From: an uncultured Planctomycetaceae bacterium
GTDB lineage: Bacteria; Planctomycetota; Planctomycetia; Planctomycetales; Planctomycetaceae
Assembly: GCA_963813715.1 (NCBI GenBank)
Contig: CAWFAK010000005.1
Location: 928,001-992,000 of the forward strand
DNA: 64,000 nt
Direction: 5' to 3'
Under the pieces are notes generated by a model. The model saw nothing but the letters and a program-made list of their open reading frames with translations. It searched no databases and was not told the DNA's origin. Of this stretch, positions 22,550-33,600 are shown piece after piece (position 1 is the stretch's first letter; each line of letters starts with the position of its first letter). The position numbers were made by a program, and so were the translations under genes.

Positions 22550-23674
22550 TTAATCTTCGTCCTCTTCGACCTCTTCATCTTCTCCGGATTCATCGTCAAA
22601 GAGTCCGCGCTTGGCACGTTCCAACTTCGCCTTGAGTTCGCCCGGATGATTGGACTTCATCACGATGTCCTGCTCTTCGACCAAGCCGTTCTTCCACAGG
22701 TTGAACAGTGCGTCGTCGAGCAGCTGCATGCCGAATTTCCGCCCCGTCTGGATCGACGAGTTGATGCGGTATGTCTTGTTCTCCCGGATCAGGTTGGCGA
22801 TGGCCGGCGTCACCACCAGCATCTCGTAGGCGGCCACGAGCCCCTTGGGCTTGCGCGGCAACAGGGCCTGACTGAGGATGCCGATGATCGACGTCGACAG
22901 CTGCGTCCGGATCTGCTCCTGCTGACTGGTCGGGAAAACGTCGATGATCCGGTCGACCGTGCCTTGGGCACCGGTCGTGTGCAGCGTGCCGAATACTACG
23001 TGTCCCGTCTCGGCAGCGGAAATGGCGGCCGAAATCGTCTCCAGGTCGCGCATTTCTCCGACCAGGATCACGTCGGGGTCCATTCGCAGCACGCGACGCA
23101 GCGCCTCGGGGAAACTCGGCACGTCGACGCCGATCTCCCGTTGGTTGATCATCGATTTCTTGTGTTGGTGGTAGTATTCGATCGGGTCTTCGATCGTGAT
23201 GATGTGATGATCGTGGTTGTTGTTGAGCCAATTGATCATGCTGGCGAGGCTGGTCGTCTTGCCGCTTCCAGTCGGACCGGTGACCAGGAACAGGCCGCGA
23301 GGCCGGGTGATCACGTCTCGGACGGCTGCAGGCAGCCCGAGTTGCTCGAAGGTGAGGAAGTCGCGCGGGATCTGCCGCAGCACCATCGCGATGTGACCGC
23401 GCTGTTTGAAGACAGACACGCGGAAGCGGGCTTTATCGCCGTAGGCAAAGCCGAAGTCGGTCCCCCCAACTTCTTGCAATTCCTGCTGGTTGCGTTCGGG
23501 CGTGATGCTCTTCATCAGCGCCGTGGTGTCCTCGGGTCCGAGGGTCTTGGTCTCGAGCCGAACCAGGCGACCGTGCCGCCGCACGCACGGCGGTTGGCCG
23601 GTCGTGATGTGCAGGTCGCTGGCCCCCTCCTTGACCACCGTTTCGAGCAGTTTGTCGATTTGGATTGTGGGCAT
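22550..23674 (-). CDS. pilT: Type IV pilus retraction ATPase PilT
   Basis: ASDLHI, GPTGSGKTTSLA, EDPIEY, QREIG, LRMDPDVILVGEMRD, AAETGHVVFGTLHT, AIANLIRE (AIRNLIRE motif), GMQLLD. Confidence 0.95.
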   Translation of the reverse strand: MPTIQIDKLLETVVKEGASDLHITTGQPPCVRRHGRLVRLETKTLGPEDTTALMKSITPERNQQELQEVGGTDFGFAYGDKARFRVSVFKQRGHIAMVLRQIPRDFLTFEQLGLPAAVRDVITRPRGLFLVTGPTGSGKTTSLASMINWLNNNHDHHIITIEDPIEYYHQHKKSMINQREIGVDVPSFPEALRRVLRMDPDVILVGEMRDLETISAAISAAETGHVVFGTLHTTGAQGTVDRIIDVFPTSQQEQIRTQLSTSIIGILSQALLPRKPKGLVAAYEMLVVTPAIANLIRENKTYRINSSIQTGRKFGMQLLDDALFNLWKNGLVEEQDIVMKSNHPGELKAKLERAKRGLFDDESGEDEEVEEDED

Positions 23675-23805
23675 TCAGTTCTCGCCGTTGCGGACGCCGG
23701 GCCATTATTGGCACGCGTGTTTCGAAACGCCACTCTCGGAAGGGATGTCACTAGGTAGAAACGCTGAATTGGCCGGCCCTGACTTTTCGGCTCCTCATCG
23801 CTTTC

Positions 23806-25503
23806 TCAGTCTTCGTTAAACTTCTCCAGTCGATAGACTTCTGCCAGTGACGTAAGTCCCTGCAGCGCTTTGTCCTTCGCATCTTCGACAATCGTTTTCA
23901 TGCCGAAGAGCCGAGCTTGGCGTCGGATATTTTGCGTTGGCTCGCTGCGGAAGGTCATTTCGCGGATCGTTGGATTCATGGTCATCAGCTCGAAAACGGC
24001 GATCCGCCCCCGGAACCCCGTATGCTGACAGTGATTACAGCCTTTGCCCCGCACAAACGTGGCGGCGGCCGCCTGATCGGGAGTCACGTCAAAATGATCC
24101 AGCTCGGCCTGATCGGGTCGATATGGCTCTTTGCACTTTGGGCAAACTACGCGGACTAATCGTTGGGCCATTACCGCCATCACGCTGGATGCGACCAGAA
24201 ATGGCTGCACGCCCATGTCGATCAAGCGTGTAATAGAACTGGGCGCATCGTTCGTATGAAGCGTACTAAAAACCAAGTGTCCAGTTAAAGACGCCTGAAT
24301 GGCCATGTCGGCAGTCTCGGCATCTCGAATCTCGCCGACGAGAATCACATTCGGCGCCTGCCGCAGCATGGCACGGATGATCTTGTCAAAGGTCAGGCCA
24401 ATCGATGACCGGACCTCCACTTGGTTGATGCCGGGCAGATAGTATTCGACCGGATCCTCAGCAGTGATGATCTTACGATCAGGTCGGTTCAGCTCGCCCA
24501 GCGCGCTGTAGAGGGTCGTGGTCTTACCGCTACCGGTCGGGCCGGTGACCAGAAAGATGCCGTTGGGTCGGCGAATGATGTTCTGAAAGGTCCTGTACTT
24601 TTCTTCACTAAAGCCGAGGTTCCGGATACCGATCCGGATGTTCTCCCGGTCAAGGATCCGCAGGACGATCGCCTGGCCGTGGTGGGTCGGTAAGATGCTG
24701 ACCCGCATGTCGAACTCACGGCCGGAAATCCGGGTCTTGATCCGGCCGTCCTGGGGACGCCGTTTCTCGGCGATGTCCATGCGGGCCATGATCTTGATAC
24801 GGGAGACAATGGCCCCCAACAGCCGCCGGGGAGGGCTGTCGCGCTCGATTAGCTCGCCATCGATCCGGTAGCGGATGCGAACCCGGTCCTCGAACGGTTC
24901 GACGTGAATGTCGCTGGCACGCATATTCACGGCTTCGCTAAACACCAAGTTCACCAACCTGATGACGGGAGCGCTATCGTCATCCTCGGCGACCATCGCT
25001 TCCGCGGCTTCGGTCTCCGTGAAGTCGATGGCCGTTTCGGTGAATTCTTGGAGCATCGAGTCGACCGACTCGGTTTCGCTCTGGCCGTAATGGCGGTTGA
25101 TGGCCGTTTGAATCGAGTCGACGGGCGAAATGGCGACCTTGATGTCCCGATTCAAGATGAACCGCAGCTTGTCCAGCACTTCGACGGCCATCGGGTCACT
25201 GACCGCCACGAGCAGGGAGTCGTCCTCGAGCGAGAGCGGAATCACCATGTTTTCGCGGGCGACAGACTCGGGCACGAGCTCGATGACCGCCGGCGAAATC
25301 TCGCGTCCGTCGAGATCGATGAACTCGTAGCCGTAGGCGTCCGCCTGGGCTTTGCCGACGATGGCGCCCGACACGTAGCCGAGTCGCACGAGCGCGTCGC
25401 CGACGCCGATGCCCATGTTCGAGGCCATGTCTTCGGCCTCGGAGAGCTGGTCGGCGCTGATGACTCCTTGCTTGACGAGTTTTGCGAGCCAATCGACGGG
25501 CAT
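23806..25503 (-). CDS. pilB: Second PilB/GspE-family ATPase
   Basis: ASDIHVEP, RRPQDGRI, GPTGSGKTT, LRQAPNVILVGEIRD, TGHLVFSTLHTND, CPKC and CNHC. Confidence 0.92.
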   Translation of the reverse strand: MPVDWLAKLVKQGVISADQLSEAEDMASNMGIGVGDALVRLGYVSGAIVGKAQADAYGYEFIDLDGREISPAVIELVPESVARENMVIPLSLEDDSLLVAVSDPMAVEVLDKLRFILNRDIKVAISPVDSIQTAINRHYGQSETESVDSMLQEFTETAIDFTETEAAEAMVAEDDDSAPVIRLVNLVFSEAVNMRASDIHVEPFEDRVRIRYRIDGELIERDSPPRRLLGAIVSRIKIMARMDIAEKRRPQDGRIKTRISGREFDMRVSILPTHHGQAIVLRILDRENIRIGIRNLGFSEEKYRTFQNIIRRPNGIFLVTGPTGSGKTTTLYSALGELNRPDRKIITAEDPVEYYLPGINQVEVRSSIGLTFDKIIRAMLRQAPNVILVGEIRDAETADMAIQASLTGHLVFSTLHTNDAPSSITRLIDMGVQPFLVASSVMAVMAQRLVRVVCPKCKEPYRPDQAELDHFDVTPDQAAAATFVRGKGCNHCQHTGFRGRIAVFELMTMNPTIREMTFRSEPTQNIRRQARLFGMKTIVEDAKDKALQGLTSLAEVYRLEKFNED

Positions 25504-25751
25504 TGGAAGAACCTCGATGCGCCGATGAACGTCGTTGCCGACCGATCCGTGTCGCGCGCGGAGCGCGAATCAGTGGCCTCCGTGAACGCGGCCGCAGTCA
25601 ACGGCAATTCCGGCGCACGGGCGCCTGGGAAATCGGTTGGTCAATCTGCGACCGGAAGCGATCCGCACTCGACGTGAAACACGTTCGTGACGCCCGCCGC
25701 CGAAATGCTTTGGGCCACGGCAAGGGAAATGCCCCGAACGTGACACGCTCG

Positions 25752-25780
25752 ATTTTGATGCGGGCCATCTGAAGTGTCAA
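25752..25780 (-). promoter_or_regulatory. Putative sigma70 promoter for the pilus operon
   Basis: Minus strand reads TTGACA-17 nt-CAAAAT, ~250 nt upstream of the ATG at 25503. Confidence 0.55.
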
Positions 25781-25972
25781 GGAGCCATCGACTTCGGATC
25801 GACGGACGAATTCCGCATGGATTGCCGCGCGCGGGAGCGACTGCGTGGTCGCCCCAACTTGCCAACGGGCGACCGGGTTGCCAAACGGATTCGGGCGGCA
25901 TACTCTTGGCCGCGCGTGCGACTTCCAACCCTTCCGGTCAGCGAGTATCCAGACTGAGGGCGACCGTCGATC

Positions 25973-26761
25973 GTGAGCGAAGATCGCTATCGCGATGTGG
26001 CCATCCAAGCGGCGCGCGCCGGCGGCGAAGTGCTGCAGCAATGGTCCAAGCGGTTCACGGTCCGCGAAAAGGGCCCGGCCAACCTCGTGACCGAAGCCGA
26101 CTTCGCTTCGCAGGAGACGATCGTTCGCATTATCTCCGCGCAGTTCCCCGATCACGGCTTTCTGGGCGAGGAGGAACTCGACCGTAGTTCGACCGGTCCG
26201 CCATTCCGCTGGATCATCGACCCGCTCGATGGCACGGCCAACTATGTGCATGGCTTTCCGTATTTCGCCGTTTCGATTGGGCTGGAGTACGCCGGCCAGG
26301 TGATCGTCGGCGTGATTTACGACCCCACTCGTGACGAAATGTTCGTCGCTCAAAAGGGTCGGGGCGCGTGGTTGAACGAAGAGTCGATTCGCCCCTCCGC
26401 CGTTGACGATTTGGGCAAAGCCTTCGTCGTCGCGAGTCTTCCGTCAGCCGTCGATGCCGGCCATCCGTCGGTCGAGCGGCTGTTGCGCGTGCTGCCGCAC
26501 GCCCAAACAGTTCAGCGCACGGGCTCGGCGGCGCTTAACCTGGTTTACGTGGGCTGCGGACGGATCGACGCCTTTTGGTCGACCAGTCTGAAGCCGTGGG
26601 ACGTGGCGGCCGGTTCCTTGATCGTGGTCGAGGCGGGGGGAGCCATCACCAGCACCGGTGGACGCCCGTTCGACATTAATGTGCCCGATCTGCTTGCCAG
26701 CAATGGATCTCCGGTCCACAGCCAGCTAACGGACCTGCTAACCGGCCCACTCGCGTCGTAA
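25973..26761 (+). CDS. suhB: Inositol monophosphatase family protein (SuhB-like)
   Basis: LVTEAD, GEE, WIIDPLDGTANY, GSAAL, KPWDVAAG. Confidence 0.9.
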   Translation: MSEDRYRDVAIQAARAGGEVLQQWSKRFTVREKGPANLVTEADFASQETIVRIISAQFPDHGFLGEEELDRSSTGPPFRWIIDPLDGTANYVHGFPYFAVSIGLEYAGQVIVGVIYDPTRDEMFVAQKGRGAWLNEESIRPSAVDDLGKAFVVASLPSAVDAGHPSVERLLRVLPHAQTVQRTGSAALNLVYVGCGRIDAFWSTSLKPWDVAAGSLIVVEAGGAITSTGGRPFDINVPDLLASNGSPVHSQLTDLLTGPLAS

Positions 26762-27078
26762 GGATTATGACGGTCGTACGGCGGAACGGTTGCCAGAGCG
26801 GCTGAACCAGGGCTCCGGTGCTTTTTCGAGGTCGGTCGGGCGACTATCATGGAACTGGGGGCTCTGCGGTCACTTTCCTCTTTAATTGGTGCGGTCCCTC
26901 GACCCACCTTGAGAAGTCGCCGAGCCACACCCTGCTCGTCACCCGCGTCCCCCTGAACTTCGCACGCCCGTCTTTGCGGGGACCGGTCAGCCGCCGTTCG
27001 GCGGAGTTATGCGTCAGTGCCCCGTTCCTGGGGCGGCAGGCAAAAAATCGAAGGCCAGCGAGAACGAGTGTCTCTTAC

Positions 27079-30000
27079 GTGACACATCGACACCTCAGGA
27101 TTCTGTGTGCGGTCGGCCTCGCTTGCCTGGCGTCGCTGTCGGCTGCGGCGCAGGATCGCCCCGTCACACCTAACAGGTCGTCCGCCGAGCGAGTTTCCGC
27201 CGAACGCGAAACAGCTACCGCCGCGGATCAGTCGGCCGCCCAGCCAGGGAATCCTGCACGGCCAACCAGCGAGTCGCCGGCTTTGAAGCGAACGCGGCGG
27301 GTGCCGGCATTCCCCTGGTTGGCGCCGCGACAAACCGATGACGCCGCGCCTCCCGCCACGGAAAGCACCACTCCGCTGGCTCCGCGTCCCGGCGACCTGA
27401 TCCGTCTGGGGACGAAAGACGGCCAGGTCGAGTGGGCCATCTGGGGCGAAACCTTCGACAAGTTTCTCGAATTCCTTCGCTCGCAAAACGGTGCCGGTCG
27501 CTCGGATCCTAACTACAGCATTAGCTCGATTTCGATCAAAGGCACGGAAGAAGGCGACTGGGCGAAGCTCGACGTTCGCTATGAGATCCAAGTCGACCGG
27601 CCGGATATCACCGTCGGTGTGCCGATCGGCTTGCAGGAGGGGGCGGGCAGCTCGGCTCCCGAACACAGCGGGCCGGGTGAGTTTCGCGCGGCCGATGCGC
27701 TCAACCGGCAGAAGGCGCACACGATTTACTTGCGCGGCAAGGGGCTGCACATCGTGACGATTCCGCTCGTTGTGCCGATCCGCCGTCAGCTCAATCAACG
27801 TCATCTGCAGTTGACGATCCCGCCGTCAGCCGGCAGCCAGATCACGCTGACTGTGCCGAAGGAACACTGCCAGGTCAAACCGCTCGACGACGCGCCCGTT
27901 CGCGCGATCAGCGTTCCCAAGGGCACGCAGATCGAAGCCGTCGGCATCAAGGGGACCTTCGATCTCGCGTGGGAGAGCCCGCTCGACGAGGCGCACGCGC
28001 GGACGGTGTTCGACGTCTTCAGCAAGTGCAGCGTGGCCATGGACCGTGATCGCATTCAATTGGGCGTGCTGCAGACGATCGACGCCAAGCAGGGCAACCT
28101 CGCGTCGGTCCGCGTGCGCGTGCCCCGCAGCTTTCCCCGTATCACGGGGCAGCAGCTCTACGTCTCGGAAGCGCGCAAATACGGCCCCGCCGACATCGAT
28201 GCCAACGGGTTCATCAAAGTTGACCTCAAGCCGGCGGGCACGGGCCGCCTCGAGCTGCGCTGGGATCTCGAAGGTCCGCCGCCGCCTAGCGGCCTGCTCG
28301 CGCTCTTGGGCTTCGAGGTCGAAGGCGCGCGTTCGGACGGCGGCGACATTTCCATCACGCCGACCGAAGGTTTTCATTTCGACTACCGCGGCGGCAACAA
28401 CATTCGGCGGATCAATGTGTCGGCGTTGGGGGCCGGCTTGGCCGAAAGCGCGTACGCCTTTTCGCAGCCCTTCCGTCTGGACCTGGCGATCGAGGAGATC
28501 CGCCCGCAGTTCTCCGTGGAACCGGCGTACTTCGCCTTGCTGTCGCAGGGACGCATCGAGCTGACATCGCAGCTGCGGATTCATGTGCGACAAGGCGCGC
28601 TCCGCGAGCTGAAGTTCACGTGGCCCGATTGGAAGAAGCAGGGTTGGACGATCGACCAGTTGCCTGACTTCGCCGATCTGGCCGAACCGGAAAAACCAGT
28701 CGGCGAACATCCGGCTGCGGCGGCAGCGCACGACGACTCGACGCTGGGGCTGCGGCTGAACGGTCGCCGCGGTGACGATTTCGTTGTCACGTTTCGGGCC
28801 TCGCGTCCGGCGCCGACGTCCGGCACGACGGTCCCGCTCTCGCTGCCGCAGCTGGCCGGCTCGACGATGACCGGCGGCGTGCTGGTGGCCGCCGACGCCG
28901 AGAACGTCAAATCGAATCTCGAGCCGCGAGCGGAAACGGCGGTGCGATCGATCGCGCCGAACGGCGCGACGCGCTGGGTGCCCCCGATTCGTTCCGCGGT
29001 CTGCGGCAGGTGGCACTGCGGATCGATTCGCCGAAGGCGGACTTCGACGCGACAGTGACGACGCAGCAGCAGAAGATCGATACCGAGTCGCGTGCCAAGA
29101 TCGAAGTGCGAGCCGGCCGCCTGCAGGTGGAGCAGAGGATTCAATACCGCGTCAGCTACGAGCGCCTCTCCGAGGCGACGCTGGTGCTGCCCAAGGAGCT
29201 GCGGCGTGCCAGCGTCCAGTTCACCGTCGACCGGCCCGATCTCGAAGCCAAGATCGATCCGAGTTGGACGACGGGCGAACCCAGCGGTTCGGACATCGCG
29301 CGGATTCCGCTCTCCCCGCAGCCGCGGATCGGTACTTTCGAGTTGTACGCCCATTACTCGGTCCACTTGCCCGAGTCGCCCAGTCAGGCGGTCGAAGTAC
29401 CGATCCCACTGGTGCGCTCGCGGGACAGCGCGTTCAAAACATTGCGAGTCGAATTGCACGCTCCGGACGACAGCGAGTTCGAGGTGGTGGACGATTCGTG
29501 GATTCCTTCGCTCGCGATCGACAAAGGCAGCACCTACGCCTGGACGGCCAAAGGCGAACAGTCGGTGCTGCCGTTGCGGCTCGTGCGAGTGACGGCTCTG
29601 GCGTCCCCCGGCGTGAAGATCGGCCGGGCCCTCGTTCGCTCGACGCTCGATCCGACCGGCACGGCCCTCACCACCGCCCAGTACCGCATCCAAGGTCCCG
29701 TCTCGCGGATTGCCCTCACGTTGCCGGCCGGCTCGACCGAACCGAAGTTCTGGCTCGACCGGCTGCCACTCAAGCCCGAGCGGATTCGCGAAGCGCGGCC
29801 GAACAGCGGGGAGTATCTGCTCGACATCGGCGCGTTATCGCCCGAGCCGGAACCCGTGCTCACCGTGCAATTCGGAGATCCGAACGCGCAGTCGTGCGAT
29901 CTGATCGGCAGCCATACGCTGGGCGCCCCGGCCTTTCCGGACAACACGTCGGTCGAGTCGACGGTTTGGGAAGTCACATTGCCGTTCGAGCAATATCTCT

Positions 30001-30618
30001 ATTCGGCGCCCCGCGGGTTCACCCCTGAATTCCGCTGGCAGCGCGACGGCGCGGTGTGGGACCGACGCCCGACTCCGAAAGCTGCCGACCTCAGCCGCTG
30101 GCTGGTCGGTGCCGCACGGGCCACGGCGGACGACGGCAATACTTACGCGTTCAGCCGCTTTGGTCCCGCGCAGACAATCGTCGTCGGCTCGATGGCCGGC
30201 TCGTTCGTCGTTTTTGTCGGAGCGGGACTTGCGCTCTTGGCCGCGTTCGTGTTGTTGCGGCTGCGGGCTGCGCGAAGCCTGCTGACCCTGTTTCTCTTCA
30301 CGTTTGCGGTTGCCGTCTGCTGCCTGTGGTACGCCGAAGCGGTCCGCTTGCTCCTGCAGCCCGCGTTGATCGGTTTTCTTCTGGCGTGCGTCGCGGCGGT
30401 CATCGACGCGCGGATGCAAAAGCGCCGCGGCCGATTGCTGCTCGAACCGCCGGGCGCGGCGGAGTTCGTCACCACCGCGACTTCGCCGTCGTCGATCGAG
30501 CGGCATCTCGTTCCCGCCGCCGACCCCGAGGCGCCCACCATCAATCGGCTCTCCGCCCAGAGACGGCTCTCACGGCTCGCAGGCGCTCTCCGCCTCGGCG
30601 AGCGGGAGCCGCCCATGA
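27079..30618 (+). CDS. Large secreted/membrane protein of unknown function (~1,180 aa; frameshift ~29000)
   Basis: Signal peptide (V)THRHLRILCAVGLACLASLSAAAQ; beta-rich body; C-terminal TM bundle. ORFs 26818..29058 and 29010..31148. Inferred stop TGA 30616-30618 overlaps the next ATG. Confidence 0.6.
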
Positions 30619-33600
30619 CCGGCGACGGCCATGACGGCAAGCGGCGTGTGCTTCACTCGGCGCGACAGCTCGTGGCGAATTTGACGCACGGACGAGCGAT
30701 CGTCTTGGCAAGCGCGCTGGCCCTTTCGCTGATGGCCCGTGATTCCACGCACGGCGATTCGACGCCGGCCTCCGATACGCCGCCCAAGCCGCGGCTGTTG
30801 TTTGTCGACGCCGACCATCCGTCGACGTGGCCTCAGGCCTTGGAGCCAATTCCGGCCGGCGAGCTGCGTCAATTGCTGGCGGCGGACAAAGATTCGGGTC
30901 GCGAACCGACCGGCGTTCAAATCGAGCAAGCCCTCTATCGCGCGACGTTTCGTGACGGAGGCGCTCACCCAAGGCCACGCCGAAATCACGGTCGGGCGGG
31001 GAGCTCGTCCGACGCTTGTGCCGCTCGAGCGTTCCGGCACCGACGCGGCGCATCCGATCGATTTTTCGCAACTCCACTGGGTCGACGCTGCGGCCAAAAA
31101 AACTGCGTCACCCGCCGGAGATGCGGTCCTCTGCGGCGTGGACCGTAACGGGCGCCGTGTTGTCGTGGCCGAGTTGGGCCATTCGCGGCTCGCCGGTGAG
31201 TGGTTGCTCGCCGGCCGGCCGACCTTGGGAGGGGCCGAATTCACGATTAGTCTGCCCCCGGCGGTCATCTCACAATTGGTGTTGAACGTTCCGGCCGGGC
31301 TCTCGGTCGAATGCGACCAGGGCGTCCTCATTTGTCCGCGCAAAGATGTAAAGTCGGTCGATGGCTCTGTCGCCGGCGCACCGGCCGTTTGGCGGCTCGA
31401 ATTGGGCAGCCGCTCGAGCTGCCGTTTGCGGATCGTATCGAAAGCCGCCGCGGCCAGCCGTCGCGTGTTCTACGACGAAGACACCACGCTCGTCCTGGCA
31501 GCCGACCGCTTGCGGCTGCAGTCGAAGCTGCAGTTGGACGTGTTCGGCGCGCCGCTGCGGACGCTGAAATTGGCTGTCCCCGCCGGGCTGCGCGTGGAAA
31601 CAATTACTTACGGGGACGACTTTCCGCTGGCTGTTCCCGCCAATTCGCCCGATGAAGCCCGGGAGCTTACGCTGGAGTTGCCCGAGCCCGTCCTCGGCAA
31701 GGGGCGAACGATCTCAGTGGAGGCTTCGGCCCCGACGCGCACACGACAGCTGTGGAACTTGCCGCAAGTCGAAGTGCCCGGCGCCGTGCTGCGCGACGGA
31801 CAGTCGCAACTCACCATCCGGGCACCGCTCAAACTCGTGCGCTTCGGTGGCGAGTCCGGGCTCGCGCAGTCCGAGGCTCCCACTTATTCGATCGACGGCG
31901 AAGAAACGTTTCTCTTGCGTCAGAACGCCTACGATCCCGCGCTGGCGATTGAGGTCGCCGAGCCAGCGCCCGCGCTGAGTGCGCGGACGTTCGCCCGGCT
32001 CGACCTGCGGCCCGATCAGTGCGTCCTGGCGGCCGACATTGTGTGCACGGCCAGCGGTGGATCGGTTTTCTCGGTGACATTCGAGCTGCCGCAGGCGTGG
32101 GACGTCACCCAGGTGGAAGCCGTCGTCGATGCGTCGCGGATGATCGACGAGACGACGCGCACGGTGGGCGACCACAAGCGAGTGAAGATCGACTTCTTCC
32201 GGGCAGTGACCGATCGCGAGCCCAAGCGGTTCCGCGTGAAGGCATCGCGATCGTTGCCGCGATCGGGTGAATCGATCGATGTGCCGGTCATCGATTTCCC
32301 CGGGTTTGCGTCGCAAGAAGTGGAGACGCTCGTTGTTCACGGTACTTCGATCGAGCTGGCGTTGAGTCCGGCCGACGCTTTTGCGGCGTTCGATCCAACC
32401 GCCATTCTTTCGGTGCTGGCCGACTCTCCGCTGCGACCCAATCGGTCGGTCGGCAGCGAAACGCATATGCTCGCCAATCGTTGGACGGGGCAGAGCGCGA
32501 AGGCCGCGGATTACGCTGCGGCGCGGCGAAGCGCTGCTGGCGGCCCGCGTACGAGACTCCGTCAACGTCGGTGCCGCGCAGCAAATCTCTGAGCGAGTCG
32601 ATGCGACGATCGTTCCGGCGTCCCCCGTCGATCGGGTGCTCGTGTATTTGTCTGCCGAGGGCCCGCAATTCTCTTGGAGTCTGTTGAGCGATCCAAAACG
32701 CCCGCTCGAAGGGGCGCGGCTGTCCACGGCCCGACACGCGGAATGGAACCTGCCCGAAGTGGGCGAACTCTGGGAGATTCGACTGCCCGAACCACTCCGC
32801 AAGGAGTTTCGACTCGAAGGCACGCGCCGCAGTGGTGCGCTCGGCGGCGCACGGATCGGCGTGGCCTTCGTCCCCGGCGCGATCACCTTCGAGGGAACGG
32901 TCGAGCTGCACTTGCAGGAACCGGAGCAATTCGACGTCGAAACTCGCGAGTCGCAGGCGCACCTCATCGAATTGCCTGGACACGCGCGGGACGAACGGCG
33001 AGCGCTGCGCGAAGCCTCCTCCCCTGAAGTGCCGGAGCACTCCCAGTCGGTCGCGTCCGGGACCGGCTCGGAGACAGCGAAAAGCCGCAAGCGTCCCGGC
33101 CTGCGTGTGTTTCATTACGACCGAGCAGCGGACGTGCTCATCGTGCGGCCGAAGCCGAGCGCCGTCGCCAAAGGAGGGACGCGGTTTGTCTCGCTGGAGG
33201 TGACGTCGTTTCTGAGTGCGGGGGGAATGGACGACCTGCATCGCGCCCAATTCTCCATTGCTCCGGAGCTTGCGCCCCAACCCTTTCACTTTCGTCTCGC
33301 TTCCGAATGCCGGCTGGGCTCGGTTGCCGTGAACGGTCGACTCGTGCGCGTGCGGCGTCGCGGCGATGACGTCACCGTCCCGGCGCTGCCTGCCGACGCT
33401 CGGAACCGCGTCCACGTCGAATACCGGACGTCCGCGACGTCCCGGCTCTTTCGCGAAAAACGGCCCATCGACGTGCCCCGGGCCGATGCGGACGTGTTGA
33501 GCTTTCGCTGGCGTGTCTACTTGGCGCCCGGCCTGCAGCCCGGCACGCCACCGGCGGGACTACGATTCGAACAGGGGCTGCCGTCGTTCTCGTGGGCCGA

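Noticed and set aside
20865..23758. Long plus-strand ORFs opposite pilB and pilT (20865..22361, 22517..23758)
   Set aside because: Antisense shadow ORFs typical of high-GC3 genes; no motifs.
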